Shown here in pieces: positions 1 to 9,267 of a stretch of 64,000 bases of DNA. Both the position numbers and the translations under genes were made by a program. Under the pieces are notes generated by a model, which worked only from the letters and a program-made list of their open reading frames with translations, searched no databases and was not told where the DNA came from. This DNA comes from an uncultured Cardiobacterium sp. (lineage in GTDB: Bacteria; Pseudomonadota; Gammaproteobacteria; Cardiobacteriales; Cardiobacteriaceae): positions 13,374-77,373 of the forward strand of contig NZ_CALIZP010000090.1 of assembly GCF_938028825.1 (NCBI RefSeq), read 5' to 3'. The first letter of the stretch is position 1. The number at the start of each line of letters is the position of its first letter.

Positions 1-816
1 CAAAAAGGCGACGACGACGGCAATGGTGGCAATAAGGATATTGCCAGGCTTAACCGGAATCTGCTCCGCTGCACCCTCGACCGGCAAATCCTTGTAATGA
101 CGCGGCTTGCGGTAACTGTAAAACACCGCCAGCGCAAGCCCCGCCACCATGCCCAGCGCGGGAATGGCCATCGCCTGATAGATATTGACACCGGACACAT
201 CCATGCCGAACTTGGTGATATTGCCGAGCAGAATCTTGTTCAAGAAAATATCGCCAAAACCATACGGCACGAACATATAAGTACACACCAGACCGAAAGT
301 CACCACGCAGGCGAGCATACGGCGATCAAGATTGAGGCGGTTCATCACGACCAGCAGCGGCGGAATAATCAGCGGGATAAAGGCAATATGAATCGGCACC
401 AGGTTCTGACTCATGATACTCATGACGAGCAGGGCGATAATCAGCAGCCATTTCAGATAATGGGCGCTGCCGTGGGAAGCGTGCCTGACGATGACATTGG
501 CCATCGCCTGCGACAGGCCGGAATACGAAATGGCAACGGCAAAAGCACCCAGCACCGCATAGGACAACGCTGTTGCCGTGCCTGCGGCAATGCCTTCCTC
601 AAACACCTTGACCAGATACTTCAATTTTAAAATAACGCCCGGTTCGGATACTCCCGCCACCACATCCGGCGGCAAGGCGGCGAGAATGGTTTCGGCGGGA
701 ATATCGGCGATCAGCCCGCCGACAAAGGCGCTGATAATCAGGCTGAAAACTACATGAACGCGCGCCAGCGACAGCACAAGCATCAGGCACACGGCAAGAA
801 CGACGGGATTTATCAT
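1..816 (-). CDS. Na+/H+ antiporter (NhaC/YuiF-like) family membrane transporter, 3' end outside the window
   Basis: Read manually on the minus strand from ATG 816 (GGAG upstream): MINPVVLAVCLMLVLSLARVHVVFSLIISAFVGGLIA..., hydrophobic, contains SQNLVPIHIAFIP. Confidence 0.75.
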   Translation of the reverse strand, partial: MINPVVLAVCLMLVLSLARVHVVFSLIISAFVGGLIADIPAETILAALPPDVVAGVSEPGVILKLKYLVKVFEEGIAAGTATALSYAVLGAFAVAISYSGLSQAMANVIVRHASHGSAHYLKWLLIIALLVMSIMSQNLVPIHIAFIPLIIPPLLVVMNRLNLDRRMLACVVTFGLVCTYMFVPYGFGDIFLNKILLGNITKFGMDVSGVNIYQAMAIPALGMVAGLALAVFYSYRKPRHYKDLPVEGAAEQIPVKPGNILIATIAVVVAFL

Positions 817-967
817 GATGTAACTCCAATATAGGCATAATAAGGCAATAAGGCGCGGCATTATGGGACAAGAAAAGGCGCGGTGCAAAACTTGTTACTG
901 CGCGTGATACATATCATTCCCGTCACTCCCGCTGCAAAATGAATAACCACTTGTTGGCATGAAGAAA

Positions 968-1073
968 TATAGTCTGTTCAAACAGGATTGAGGCGAGGCG
1001 GCAAGCCGAAGACAGCGCAACCGGTGCGGCACGACCCGCCAACGCCGCATCATTTCCATTTGAAATGACTATA
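968..1073 (+). mobile_element. Correia-like MITE, 106 bp, diverged copy
   Basis: Ends TATAGTCTGTTCAAAC...ATTTGAAATGACTATA; core AGGCGGCAAGCCGAAGACAG shared with the 54212 copy. Confidence 0.8.
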
Positions 1074-1216
1074 AATGTTCGCATATACGTTTGTGCAATA
1101 TGCCACGGGCAATGTCCCGTCTGAAAAACGGTTATCCACTCCCGAAAACGCGGCTTGCAATAGCATGCCCCGCGCAAACCCCGTACAATCCGCGCCGTTT
1201 TTCCGCCCCAGCCGCC

Positions 1217-1549
1217 ATGAAAGCCGTCCTCCCCATCCTTTGCGCCCTGCTTGCCGCCTGTGCGCCGCCATCACCGCCCGCCACCGGTCCGGTGGAACCC
1301 GCCGACGCACCGTCCGGCCGCAACCTCATCATCTTCTACGACACCCCGCAGGCAGAAAAGACATTGCTTGCCGCCGCCGGGCAGTATGGCGCACGCCTGC
1401 TCTACCGCTACCGCCATCTGCGCGCCGTCGCCATCCCCGCAAACAGGGACATGGCGCAGGCTGTCGCCCACTTCTCGCGTCTGCCCGGCGTTAACCGGGT
1501 AACACGCGACCGCATACATCAGCTTGACTCACAACAAGGCACCCCATGA
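1217..1549 (+). CDS. Small lipoprotein with a standalone subtilase propeptide/I9-like domain
   Basis: Lipobox LLAAC, Pro-rich linker, then LIIFYD...YGARLLYRY...LPGVNRVTRD, a pattern resembling S8 prodomains. Confidence 0.6.
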   Translation: MKAVLPILCALLAACAPPSPPATGPVEPADAPSGRNLIIFYDTPQAEKTLLAAAGQYGARLLYRYRHLRAVAIPANRDMAQAVAHFSRLPGVNRVTRDRIHQLDSQQGTP

Positions 1550-1959
1550 CCGACATCAACCTCGATCCGCATCTGCACACCCGCATCCGCCGCTTCTGCG
1601 AAATCGGCGACACCTTCGCCGCCGAAGGCAAATACCCGCAAGCCATCGGAGCCTACCAGTACGCCTGGAACCTGCTGCCCGCGCCCAAAACCCGCTGGGA
1701 AGCGGCGACCTGGCTGCTTGCCGCCATTGGTGATGCCTGGTTTCTGCACGGCGACTACGCCCGTGCCTGCGCCAAATTCCGCGAGGTATTGCCCTGTCCG
1801 GGCGCGGCCACCAACCCCTTTATCCGCCTGCGCTTCGGCCAGACCCTGTTTGAGCTGGGCGATGCGGCCGCCGCCGAAGAACTGCAACTGGCCCGCCAAC
1901 TGGCAGGCGATGGCATTTTTGCCGACGAAGATCCCAAATACCTTGCCGCGATCAACTAA
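1546..1959 (+). CDS. TPR-repeat protein
   Basis: GKYPQAIGAYQYAW, AIGDAWFLHGDYARA and NPFIRLRFGQ helical repeats; ATGA overlap with the upstream gene. Confidence 0.75.
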   Translation: MTDINLDPHLHTRIRRFCEIGDTFAAEGKYPQAIGAYQYAWNLLPAPKTRWEAATWLLAAIGDAWFLHGDYARACAKFREVLPCPGAATNPFIRLRFGQTLFELGDAAAAEELQLARQLAGDGIFADEDPKYLAAIN

Positions 1960-1968
1960 GGAAACCCC

Positions 1969-2676
1969 ATGCGCCAAATCATCTTCGACACCGAAACCAC
2001 CGGCATGAACTTCAACAGCCGCGACAAATCCGAAGGCCACCGCATCATCGAAATCGGCTGCATCGAGCTCATCGACCGCCGCCCGACCGAAAACTACTTC
2101 CACCAATACATCAACCCCGAACAAATTATTGACCCCGACGCCGTGCGCGTGCACGGCATCACCAACGAACGCGTCGCCGGCGAGCCGACCTTCGCCGCCA
2201 TCCTCGGCGAACTCCTCGCCTACCTCGACGGCGCGGACGAACTCATCGCCCACAACATGCCGTTCGACCAGTCCTTCCTCAATCGCGAATTCAAACTCGC
2301 CAAACTCAAATTCAAACTCGAAGACCGCTTCCGGCTGACCGACACCCTGCAACTCGCCAAGGCCAAAGTGCCGACCGCGCGGCACAACCTTGATGTCCTC
2401 TGCAAATACTATGGTATCGACAACAGCAACCGCAGCCTGCACGGTGCCCTGCTCGACTCGCAACTCCTCGCCGAAGTCTATCTGCGCCTGACCACCGAAC
2501 AATCCGGCTTCGACTTCGCCCCCACCCCCGCCGTCGCCGAAAAAACCGCCGCACCCGCTGCTGTGCAAACCGCCCGCACCGCACCGCCTGCCACCGGCGG
2601 CGGCTGGCAAAGCATCACCATCAGCGACGCAGAAGCCGCCGCCCATCAGGCCTACCTTGAAAAAATACGCCAATAA
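1969..2676 (+). CDS. dnaQ: DNA polymerase III epsilon subunit
   Basis: Exonuclease motifs DTETTG, HNMPFD, HGALLDS; AAGGA RBS. Confidence 0.95.
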   Translation: MRQIIFDTETTGMNFNSRDKSEGHRIIEIGCIELIDRRPTENYFHQYINPEQIIDPDAVRVHGITNERVAGEPTFAAILGELLAYLDGADELIAHNMPFDQSFLNREFKLAKLKFKLEDRFRLTDTLQLAKAKVPTARHNLDVLCKYYGIDNSNRSLHGALLDSQLLAEVYLRLTTEQSGFDFAPTPAVAEKTAAPAAVQTARTAPPATGGGWQSITISDAEAAAHQAYLEKIRQ

Positions 2677-3301
2677 ACGCACCGCCCGCTTCTGCTGCTA
2701 CGCCACCGCCAGTCTTATCAGCCTCTACTTCGGTGCCGCCTTCGTGCACGGCGTTATCTGGCGCGGCAGTGCGTCCACCGGCGCGTGGCTGCTGGCGCTC
2801 ATCACCAGCCTCGCGCTCGCCGCCCTGCCGTGGCTGTGGGCGGCATACCTCGGCAAATACCGCGCCACCCCTGCCGCCAAAGCGCCCACCATCCAGGAAC
2901 AGCTGCTGGCGCGCGCTGCCGCCGACCTCGCCGCCCTGCGCGACAACGCCGTGCAATACCGCTGCCGTGCCGACGGCGAACGCATCGGCCTGCTGCTCGA
3001 ACAACTCTGCAACCACAGCGAAACCTACCTGCGCGAACTCGGCGGCGATGATGACAAAATCCGCGCCAACCGCCCGCTACTCACCGTCTATCTGCCCGAA
3101 CTGGCGCACATCAGCCTGCTCTACCTGCAACTGCCTGCCGCCGAGCTCGGCGAACACAACCGCCGCCAACTGCTGCAACTCATCAGTGCCACCCACGATC
3201 TCATCCGCAACGGTCACGCGGGCATGCGCGCCCGCACCCTGCACGACCTCGAAACCCGCATGGAAGTCCTGCGCGAACGCCTCGGCACCGGCGGACGCTG
3301 A
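2657..3301 (+). CDS. Membrane protein, possibly XpaC-like (5-bromo-4-chloroindolyl phosphate hydrolysis family)
   Basis: Two N-terminal TM helices, then a helical domain with YLPEL...Y and C-terminal DLETRMEVL; start codon uncertain (TTG). Confidence 0.5.
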   Translation: MKKYANKRTARFCCYATASLISLYFGAAFVHGVIWRGSASTGAWLLALITSLALAALPWLWAAYLGKYRATPAAKAPTIQEQLLARAAADLAALRDNAVQYRCRADGERIGLLLEQLCNHSETYLRELGGDDDKIRANRPLLTVYLPELAHISLLYLQLPAAELGEHNRRQLLQLISATHDLIRNGHAGMRARTLHDLETRMEVLRERLGTGGR

Positions 3302-3362
3302 AAACCGGCACTATTTGGCGCAGCGGCAATGATTTCCACGGAAGAGACTGTCTGCTGCCGCC

Positions 3363-3376
3363 TTGATGTGAATCAA
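3363..3376 (+). promoter_or_regulatory. FNR-type binding site upstream of frdABCD
   Basis: TTGATGTGAATCAA is a perfect TTGAT-N4-ATCAA; candidate -10 TAAATT at 3398-3403 fits class II spacing. Confidence 0.85.
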
Positions 3377-3504
3377 TGGGGACCCGATTGGTTCTTATAA
3401 ATTCTTATTTTCATTAAAGAAAACCCGATAAAAATACCTTTGCGTGGCCAAGCCGTGTTAAAATACCCACAATTCAACAAGAGGCATAAACAAGAGGTAT
3501 TTTT

Positions 3505-5277
3505 ATGGACATAATCCAGTCCGATGTTGCCATTATCGGCGCCGGTGGTTCCGGATTGCGTGCTGCGATCGAAATCGCCCGCAGCGCGCCGAACGCCAAA
3601 ATCAGCCTGATTTCCAAAGTCTATCCGATGCGTAGCCATACTGTTGCCGCAGAGGGCGGTTCGGCAGGCGTGGTGCGTGAGGACGACTCGCTCGAATACC
3701 ACTTCAACGACACCGTGTCGGGCGGCGACTGGCTGTGCGAGCAGGACGTGGTGCAATACTTCGTCGAACACGCCACCGAAGAGATGATTCAACTCGAACA
3801 CTGGGGCTGCCCGTGGTCGCGCAAGCCGGATGGCCGCGCCAATGTGCGCCGTTTCGGCGGGATGAAAATCCCGCGCACCTGGTTCGCCGCCGACAAGAGC
3901 GGCTTCCACATGCTGCACACCCTGTTCCAGACTTCGCTGCAATTCCCCAATATCCACCGCCTGGACGAGCATTTCGCCGTTGACCTGATTGAAGAGAAGG
4001 GTGCATTGCATGGTGTCCTTTGCTACGACGTGCAAAACGGCGTCCTGCGCGCGGTGCAGGCCAAAGCCGTCATCATCGCCACAGGCGGCGCAGGTCGCGT
4101 CTTCGCCTTCAACACCAACGGCGGCATCGTCACCGGCGACGGCATGGCGCTCGCCTACCGCCACGGCGTACCGCTGCGCGATATGGAATTCGTGCAATAC
4201 CACCCGACCGGTCTGCCCGGCTCCGGCATCCTGATGACCGAAGGCTGCCGGGGCGAAGGCGGTATCCTCACCAACAAGGACGGCTACCGCTACCTGCAAG
4301 ATTACGGCCTCGGGCCGGAAACCCCGATCGGCGAACCGAAGAACAAATACATGGAACTCGGCCCGCGCGACAAACTCTCGCAAGCCTTCTATCACGAATG
4401 GAAAGCGGGGCGCACCGTGCAGAACCCGCGCGGCGATGTGGTCAACCTCGACCTGCGCCACCTCGGTGAAGCCTACCTCACCGAACGCCTGCCGTTCATC
4501 TGCTCGCTGGCGAAAAAATTCGTCGGCGTTGATCCGGTGCATGAACCCATCCCCGTCCGCCCGACCGCGCACTACACCATGGGCGGCATCGAAACCAACC
4601 AGCGTTGCGAAACCCGCCTGCACGGTCTCTTTGCCGTCGGCGAATGTTCATCCGTCGGCCTGCACGGCGCAAACCGCCTCGGCTCGAACTCGCTCGCCGA
4701 ACTCTGCGTCTTCGGCAAAGTCGCCGGGGAAGACGCCTGGAAACGCGCCAGCGGCAGCAGCTACCACGCCAGCAAAGAGCAATTCGCCAATCTTGCCGAA
4801 AAAGCCTGGCTGCCCTTCCTCGAACTGAAAAACCGCAGCGGCGGCAGCGAGAAACCGGCAGACATCCGCCGCGAACTCACCGCGATGATGGAAGCGGAAA
4901 TCGGCATCTACCGCAGCGCCGAAAACTGCGCCCGCGCCAGCGCCAAAATCAAGGAACTGAAAGCGCGTTACCAAAACGTCCGCGTTACCGACCACAGCGA
5001 CACCTTCAACACCGACTGGCTCACCACCATCGAACTCGGCTATCTGCTGGATGTCGCCGAAACCATGATCTACTCCGCCGAACAGCGCACCGAATCGCGC
5101 GGTTCGCACCAGCGGCTGGATTACCCCGAACGTGACGATGACCGCTTCCTCAAACACACCCTTGCTTTCCACCGCGAGGGAGACAAGCCGGAAATTGCTT
5201 ACAGCGACGTTTGCATCACCAAATCCCAGCCCGCCAAACGCGTGTACGGTGCAGAAGCAGAACAAGCGAACCATTGA
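3505..5277 (+). CDS. frdA: Fumarate reductase flavoprotein subunit
   Basis: GAGGSG, covalent-FAD motif RSHTVAAEGG, HYTMGG, HGANRLGSNSL. Confidence 0.97.
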   Translation: MDIIQSDVAIIGAGGSGLRAAIEIARSAPNAKISLISKVYPMRSHTVAAEGGSAGVVREDDSLEYHFNDTVSGGDWLCEQDVVQYFVEHATEEMIQLEHWGCPWSRKPDGRANVRRFGGMKIPRTWFAADKSGFHMLHTLFQTSLQFPNIHRLDEHFAVDLIEEKGALHGVLCYDVQNGVLRAVQAKAVIIATGGAGRVFAFNTNGGIVTGDGMALAYRHGVPLRDMEFVQYHPTGLPGSGILMTEGCRGEGGILTNKDGYRYLQDYGLGPETPIGEPKNKYMELGPRDKLSQAFYHEWKAGRTVQNPRGDVVNLDLRHLGEAYLTERLPFICSLAKKFVGVDPVHEPIPVRPTAHYTMGGIETNQRCETRLHGLFAVGECSSVGLHGANRLGSNSLAELCVFGKVAGEDAWKRASGSSYHASKEQFANLAEKAWLPFLELKNRSGGSEKPADIRRELTAMMEAEIGIYRSAENCARASAKIKELKARYQNVRVTDHSDTFNTDWLTTIELGYLLDVAETMIYSAEQRTESRGSHQRLDYPERDDDRFLKHTLAFHREGDKPEIAYSDVCITKSQPAKRVYGAEAEQANH

Positions 5278-5288
5278 GAGGCAAGAAC

Positions 5289-6086
5289 ATGACACAAAAA
5301 ATCCGAATCAACCTGATGCGCTACCGCCCGGACGAGGACGACAGACCCTGGGCGCAACCCTTTGAAATCGAATGGACACCCGATATGTCCATCCTGGATG
5401 CCCTGGGCGTCCTTAAAGACGACTTCGACCCCAGCATCGCCTACCGCTGGTCGTGCCGCATGGAAGTCTGCGGCTCCTGCGGCATGGTGGTAAACGGTAC
5501 ACCGCGCCTCGCCTGCTCGACCTTCGTGCGCGAATTTGCCGACGTCGGCGAAATCACCATCGGCGCGCTGGACAACTTCCCCATCGAAAAAGACCTCGTT
5601 GTTGACCTTGACCCCTTCATCAACAAACTCAACGCCGTCAGCCCTTTCATCATCACCAAAAACCCGCGCGCACTCGCCGAAAAAGAATACCTGCAAACCC
5701 CGGCGCAACTGGCAAAATTCAAGCAGTACGCCATGTGCATCAACTGTATGCTCTGCTACCAGGCCTGCCCGCAAATCGGCATCAATGCCGACTATTTGGG
5801 CCCTGCCGCCATCGCCCTCGCCCAGCGCTACAACCTCGACAACCGCGACGAAGGCAACCGCCAGCGCTACAGCGCGCTTATCGACGAAAACGGCGTTTGG
5901 CCGTGCACCTTCGTCGGCAGCTGCTCCGAAGTCTGCCCGAAACACGTTGACCCGGCGGGCGCCATCCAGCAAGTCAAGGCGACAGCCGTCCCCTACTGGG
6001 GCGCGAACCTCGTCCATCCCGAAAAAGTGACGCCGAAAAAACCGGCAGAACCCACGGCCCACCCCCACAACGCAAAAGAGGCATGA
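5289..6086 (+). CDS. frdB: Fumarate reductase iron-sulfur subunit
   Basis: SCRMEVCGSC, CINCMLCYQACP, CTFVGSCSEVCP. Confidence 0.95.
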   Translation: MTQKIRINLMRYRPDEDDRPWAQPFEIEWTPDMSILDALGVLKDDFDPSIAYRWSCRMEVCGSCGMVVNGTPRLACSTFVREFADVGEITIGALDNFPIEKDLVVDLDPFINKLNAVSPFIITKNPRALAEKEYLQTPAQLAKFKQYAMCINCMLCYQACPQIGINADYLGPAAIALAQRYNLDNRDEGNRQRYSALIDENGVWPCTFVGSCSEVCPKHVDPAGAIQQVKATAVPYWGANLVHPEKVTPKKPAEPTAHPHNAKEA

Positions 6087-6087
6087 C

Positions 6088-6480
6088 ATGGCACGCAAAC
6101 CCTACCACCACGCCCAACCCGACGACTGGTACATGGCGAACCACACCTACCGCTGGTACATGCTGCGCGAATTCACCAGCGTGACCACCGCCATCGCCGC
6201 CTTCAACCTCTTCTACGGCGTCGCGGCCCTGGCGAACAGTGAAGCCGCCTGGCTCGGCTGGGCCCACTTCCAGCACAATCCGTTGATGCTGCTCATCAAC
6301 CTCGTCGCCATCGTCGCCTCGCTGCTCAACAGCAAAACCTGGTTTGAAGCCATGCCGAAAGCCATCCGCATCCAGCGCGGCGAAAAATTCGTACCGGACA
6401 ACATCATCATCCGGGGCGGCTGGGCGGCATTCGGCGGCGTCCTCGCCATCCTTATCATCCTCGTCGCCGTCCTGTCCTGA
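6088..6480 (+). CDS. frdC: Fumarate reductase subunit C
   Basis: RKPY...YRWYMLREFT, TWFEAMPKA; operon position. Confidence 0.9.
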   Translation: MARKPYHHAQPDDWYMANHTYRWYMLREFTSVTTAIAAFNLFYGVAALANSEAAWLGWAHFQHNPLMLLINLVAIVASLLNSKTWFEAMPKAIRIQRGEKFVPDNIIIRGGWAAFGGVLAILIILVAVLS

Positions 6481-6490
6481 GGAAACAGCC

Positions 6491-6889
6491 ATGAACGAAC
6501 AAAGCACCAAAAACTACTGGTGGCGTTTCAAATACGAAAACATCCGCCACACCCACCATCTGAAACCCATCTACTGGGGACTCTTCTCGGTCGGCGGCAC
6601 CATCGCAGCCCTCGCACTGGCACCGATTATCTTCGTCCTCTGCGTACTGCTGCCCTTCTGCCTCATCGGCGACCCGGCAAAGCTTTACCACAGTCTGCAC
6701 GGTCTTGTCGCCAACAACTTCGTGTACCTCATCCTGGTCGGCATCATCTTCGCCATGCTCTGGCACGGTGTGCACCGCTTCTACTATGTGCTGCACGACC
6801 TGCATATCCACATCGGCAACCGCACCCGCAACACCTTCTACGCAATCGCGATTGCCGCCACCCTCATCACCCTCTACGTCGGCTGGTAA
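6491..6889 (+). CDS. frdD: Fumarate reductase subunit D
   Basis: PIYWGLFSVGG, WHGVHRFYYVLHDL; operon position. Confidence 0.9.
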   Translation: MNEQSTKNYWWRFKYENIRHTHHLKPIYWGLFSVGGTIAALALAPIIFVLCVLLPFCLIGDPAKLYHSLHGLVANNFVYLILVGIIFAMLWHGVHRFYYVLHDLHIHIGNRTRNTFYAIAIAATLITLYVGW

Positions 6890-6907
6890 CACGGTTCCGG
6901 ACAAAAT

Positions 6908-6934
6908 AAAAGCGCGGCTCTTGCCGCGCTTTTT
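6908..6934 (+). terminator. Intrinsic terminator of the frd operon
   Basis: AAAAGCGCGGC-TCTT-GCCGCGCTTTTT. Confidence 0.85.
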
Positions 6935-6938
6935 CGTA

Positions 6939-7016
6939 TGTAGCCGTTTCAAACGGGGAACCCGGTCAGCGGCTTGCCAACATCACATCGTGCCGGTTCT
7001 ATTTGGAATGACTGTC
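6939..7016. mobile_element. Degenerate, internally deleted Correia-like MITE
   Basis: TGTAGCCGTTTCAAAC...GCCAACA...CGGTTCTATTTGGAATGACTGT resembles the termini of the other copies. Confidence 0.55.
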
Positions 7017-7060
7017 TCTCGGAAAGGCCGCAGGAATACGGACAGCACCATCACGGCTGC

Positions 7061-7618
7061 TCAGTTGCTTGCCGGTGCGGCAAACGGCTGCAATTCAGGG
7101 TTGATTTCCGTCTGTGCGAGGTTGTTGGCATAGTTGCACAAGGTGGCGAGTGCCACGCCGAGAATGACTTCCAGTGCCTGCTGCTCGCCATAACCTGCGG
7201 CATAGAAGGCTTGCAGTTCGTCATCGCTCACCTTGCCGCGCTTGTTGATGATGGCGAGGGTAAAGGTTTGCAGGGCGGCGAGTTTGCCGTCGCCAGGTCG
7301 TGTGCGCCGTTGCAGGGCGGATACCGTGGCGTCATCCAGGCGCAGTTTGGCTTTGGCGATTTTGCTGTGCCCGGCAACGCAGAAATCGCAGCCGTTATCC
7401 GCCGCTGCGGTAATCTGGATAACCTCGATTTCGGTGGGACTGAGACTGGTCGCGGCGTTGATTTTGCCGACTTCCTGATACATTTGCAGCGCAGTCGGCG
7501 CGTTGGCAAGGACGGCGAGCAGGTTGGGCAGGAAGCCGTTGGCATCCAGCGCCGCCTGTAAGCGGGGTTTGGCGGCGTCCTGGGCGGTAGCTACGGTTTG
7601 CAGGGTGATGCGACTCAT
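7061..7618 (-). CDS. AhpD/carboxymuconolactone decarboxylase family peroxidase
   Basis: EVIQITAAADNGCDFCVAGH (CxxC-H). Confidence 0.85.
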   Translation of the reverse strand: MSRITLQTVATAQDAAKPRLQAALDANGFLPNLLAVLANAPTALQMYQEVGKINAATSLSPTEIEVIQITAAADNGCDFCVAGHSKIAKAKLRLDDATVSALQRRTRPGDGKLAALQTFTLAIINKRGKVSDDELQAFYAAGYGEQQALEVILGVALATLCNYANNLAQTEINPELQPFAAPASN

Positions 7619-7795
7619 GGTTGTTCCTTATTTGTGGGGGACGAAGTGCCTACTGTAACGGCGTATGGCCTGTGGAGGAAAGGCGGATTCTCTATGAACC
7701 GATAACGGATTGGCATGAGTGCGTCCCGCCATGGAAACAGGCAGCGGATTTTGTGCAGATGCCGGAAACCCCGAAAAAGCCCCGGTAGGGCTTGT

Positions 7796-8293
7796 TTATT
7801 TGCTGCTGCGGAAATTGTCGAGGTAAGGATTCATGTCCAGCTTCCAGCCGTCGGCGGTTTTGCGCCAGCGGGTGATGAGCGCGGTGCCGTCCACCACTTT
7901 GCTCTTATCCGGCTGATAGGCATAGAGGATGACCAGAGCCTGTTCATCGTCATTTTTGGTTTCCATATCCATTTTTTTGGCGGTGAAGACGGCTTTATCA
8001 CTGTCAATGCCCGCTTCGGTGAAGGCCTGACGCAAATATTGCCCCATCATTTGCAGGGCGCGACGCAGGCGTTTCTGCCCTTCGTCACTGTTCGCGGTAT
8101 GGTTATCGAGGAAGGCAATGTCGGCAATGGTCTGTTTTTCCAGCCCCCGCGCGCTGTGGACGAGGGTTTGCATGAAATGTTCGGCGATTTTGCCGACTTC
8201 TTTTTCTTCGCTGTTCCCCGGCAAGGCGGCACAAGCGGTGAGGAAAAGCATCGCGCAGACAACGAGCCGTTTTATTCTTGCGGTACGAGCCAT
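7796..8293 (-). CDS. Putative lipoprotein with NTF2-like fold
   Basis: Lipobox LTAC; C-terminal WRKTADGWKLD. Confidence 0.6.
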   Translation of the reverse strand: MARTARIKRLVVCAMLFLTACAALPGNSEEKEVGKIAEHFMQTLVHSARGLEKQTIADIAFLDNHTANSDEGQKRLRRALQMMGQYLRQAFTEAGIDSDKAVFTAKKMDMETKNDDEQALVILYAYQPDKSKVVDGTALITRWRKTADGWKLDMNPYLDNFRSSK

Positions 8294-8943
8294 TTGCCCC
8301 CCCGGTTCATCATTTTCAGCTCGAGATCGCTGCTGCTGCCGTTGCCATAAAGAATGCGGGCATTGACACTGGCGGCGTTGTCTTCCGGCGAGATACTTTG
8401 TGGCGTAATCTCGATATTGCGCACCCCCTGTTTTTCGGCGGCGAAGTATTCACTGCTGCCCGCCTTCATCAAGAGCGCGCCTTTGGCGGTTTGTTCATCC
8501 CACCAGCTTTGTTTGGGGTTGTAAGGAACGAAGGCATAGCGCCAGGCGGTTTCGCCGTCGCCACGGTAGAGGGCGCTGAGGTAGGCGTGGGCGATGCCGC
8601 TGATGTCGCTGCCGCCTTCGATGCTGCCGCTGTATGCGGCGGCGCTGATGGTCGGGGGCGGAATCTCGCGCGGGGTTATGTCATGGATAGCGTAATCACC
8701 GCCGACAACATCCGGGACAGGCGGCGGGGAAAGACCGCCGGCCGGCAAAGAGGAAAGCGCCCCGTCATCTTCCATGCTGAGCAGGGCGGGATATTCATAA
8801 TAGTCGTCAACGTTGTTGTCGCCGTTGATGGATTCAAGGGCGATGACGTCGTTGTGTTCGTATTGGTAGGGCGAGGAACTGCTGCATCCGCCCAGCAGCC
8901 ACATGCCGAGGGCGAGGAGTCCGTATCGTAAGGCTGTTTGCAT
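8272..8943 (-). CDS. Lipoprotein with acidic/Pro-rich linker and C-terminal DUF4878-like domain
   Basis: Lipobox LGGC; IAHAYLSALYRGDGETAW...LKMMNRGGKWLV. Confidence 0.6.
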   Translation of the reverse strand: MQTALRYGLLALGMWLLGGCSSSSPYQYEHNDVIALESINGDNNVDDYYEYPALLSMEDDGALSSLPAGGLSPPPVPDVVGGDYAIHDITPREIPPPTISAAAYSGSIEGGSDISGIAHAYLSALYRGDGETAWRYAFVPYNPKQSWWDEQTAKGALLMKAGSSEYFAAEKQGVRNIEITPQSISPEDNAASVNARILYGNGSSSDLELKMMNRGGKWLVPQE

Positions 8944-9083
8944 CAATGCGCTCTGCGGGAAAGGGCGCACAAAGTAGCGCCGGCTTTGGGGGTGGTCAAG
9001 TATCGTTTTTACGACATGTCCCTGCATTTTTCCGCGTCACTCTGCGCTTTTTCAAAGACTTCCGCCGCGCTCCGGCATTCCGC

Positions 9084-9111
9084 TTGCAAAGCGTTCCCTT
9101 GCGTGTATAAT
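9084..9111 (+). promoter_or_regulatory. Sigma70 promoter of tRNA-Pro
   Basis: TTGCAA-16 bp-TATAAT followed by GC-rich discriminator CCGCGCC. Confidence 0.75.
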
Positions 9112-9124
9112 CCGCGCCTTCTTT

Positions 9125-9201
<77 letters not shown>

Positions 9202-9218
9202 TTTTTTCTTCTCTGTTC

Positions 9219-9242
9219 ATCGGGCATAACGCCCGATTTTTT
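9219..9242 (+). terminator. Intrinsic terminator after tRNA-Pro
   Basis: ATCGGGC-ATAAC-GCCCGAT-TTTTT. Confidence 0.75.
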
Positions 9243-9267
9243 ATGCCCGTGACGCATTGCAATAAAG

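Noticed and set aside
905..916. Palindrome TGATA-CA-TATCA upstream of the transporter gene
   Set aside because: Too short to distinguish from chance, and no cognate regulator is evident.
1116..1125. CCCGTCTGAA, close to the Neisseria DNA uptake sequence
   Set aside because: It is mismatched and isolated; I noticed no enrichment of GCCGTCTGAA in the window.
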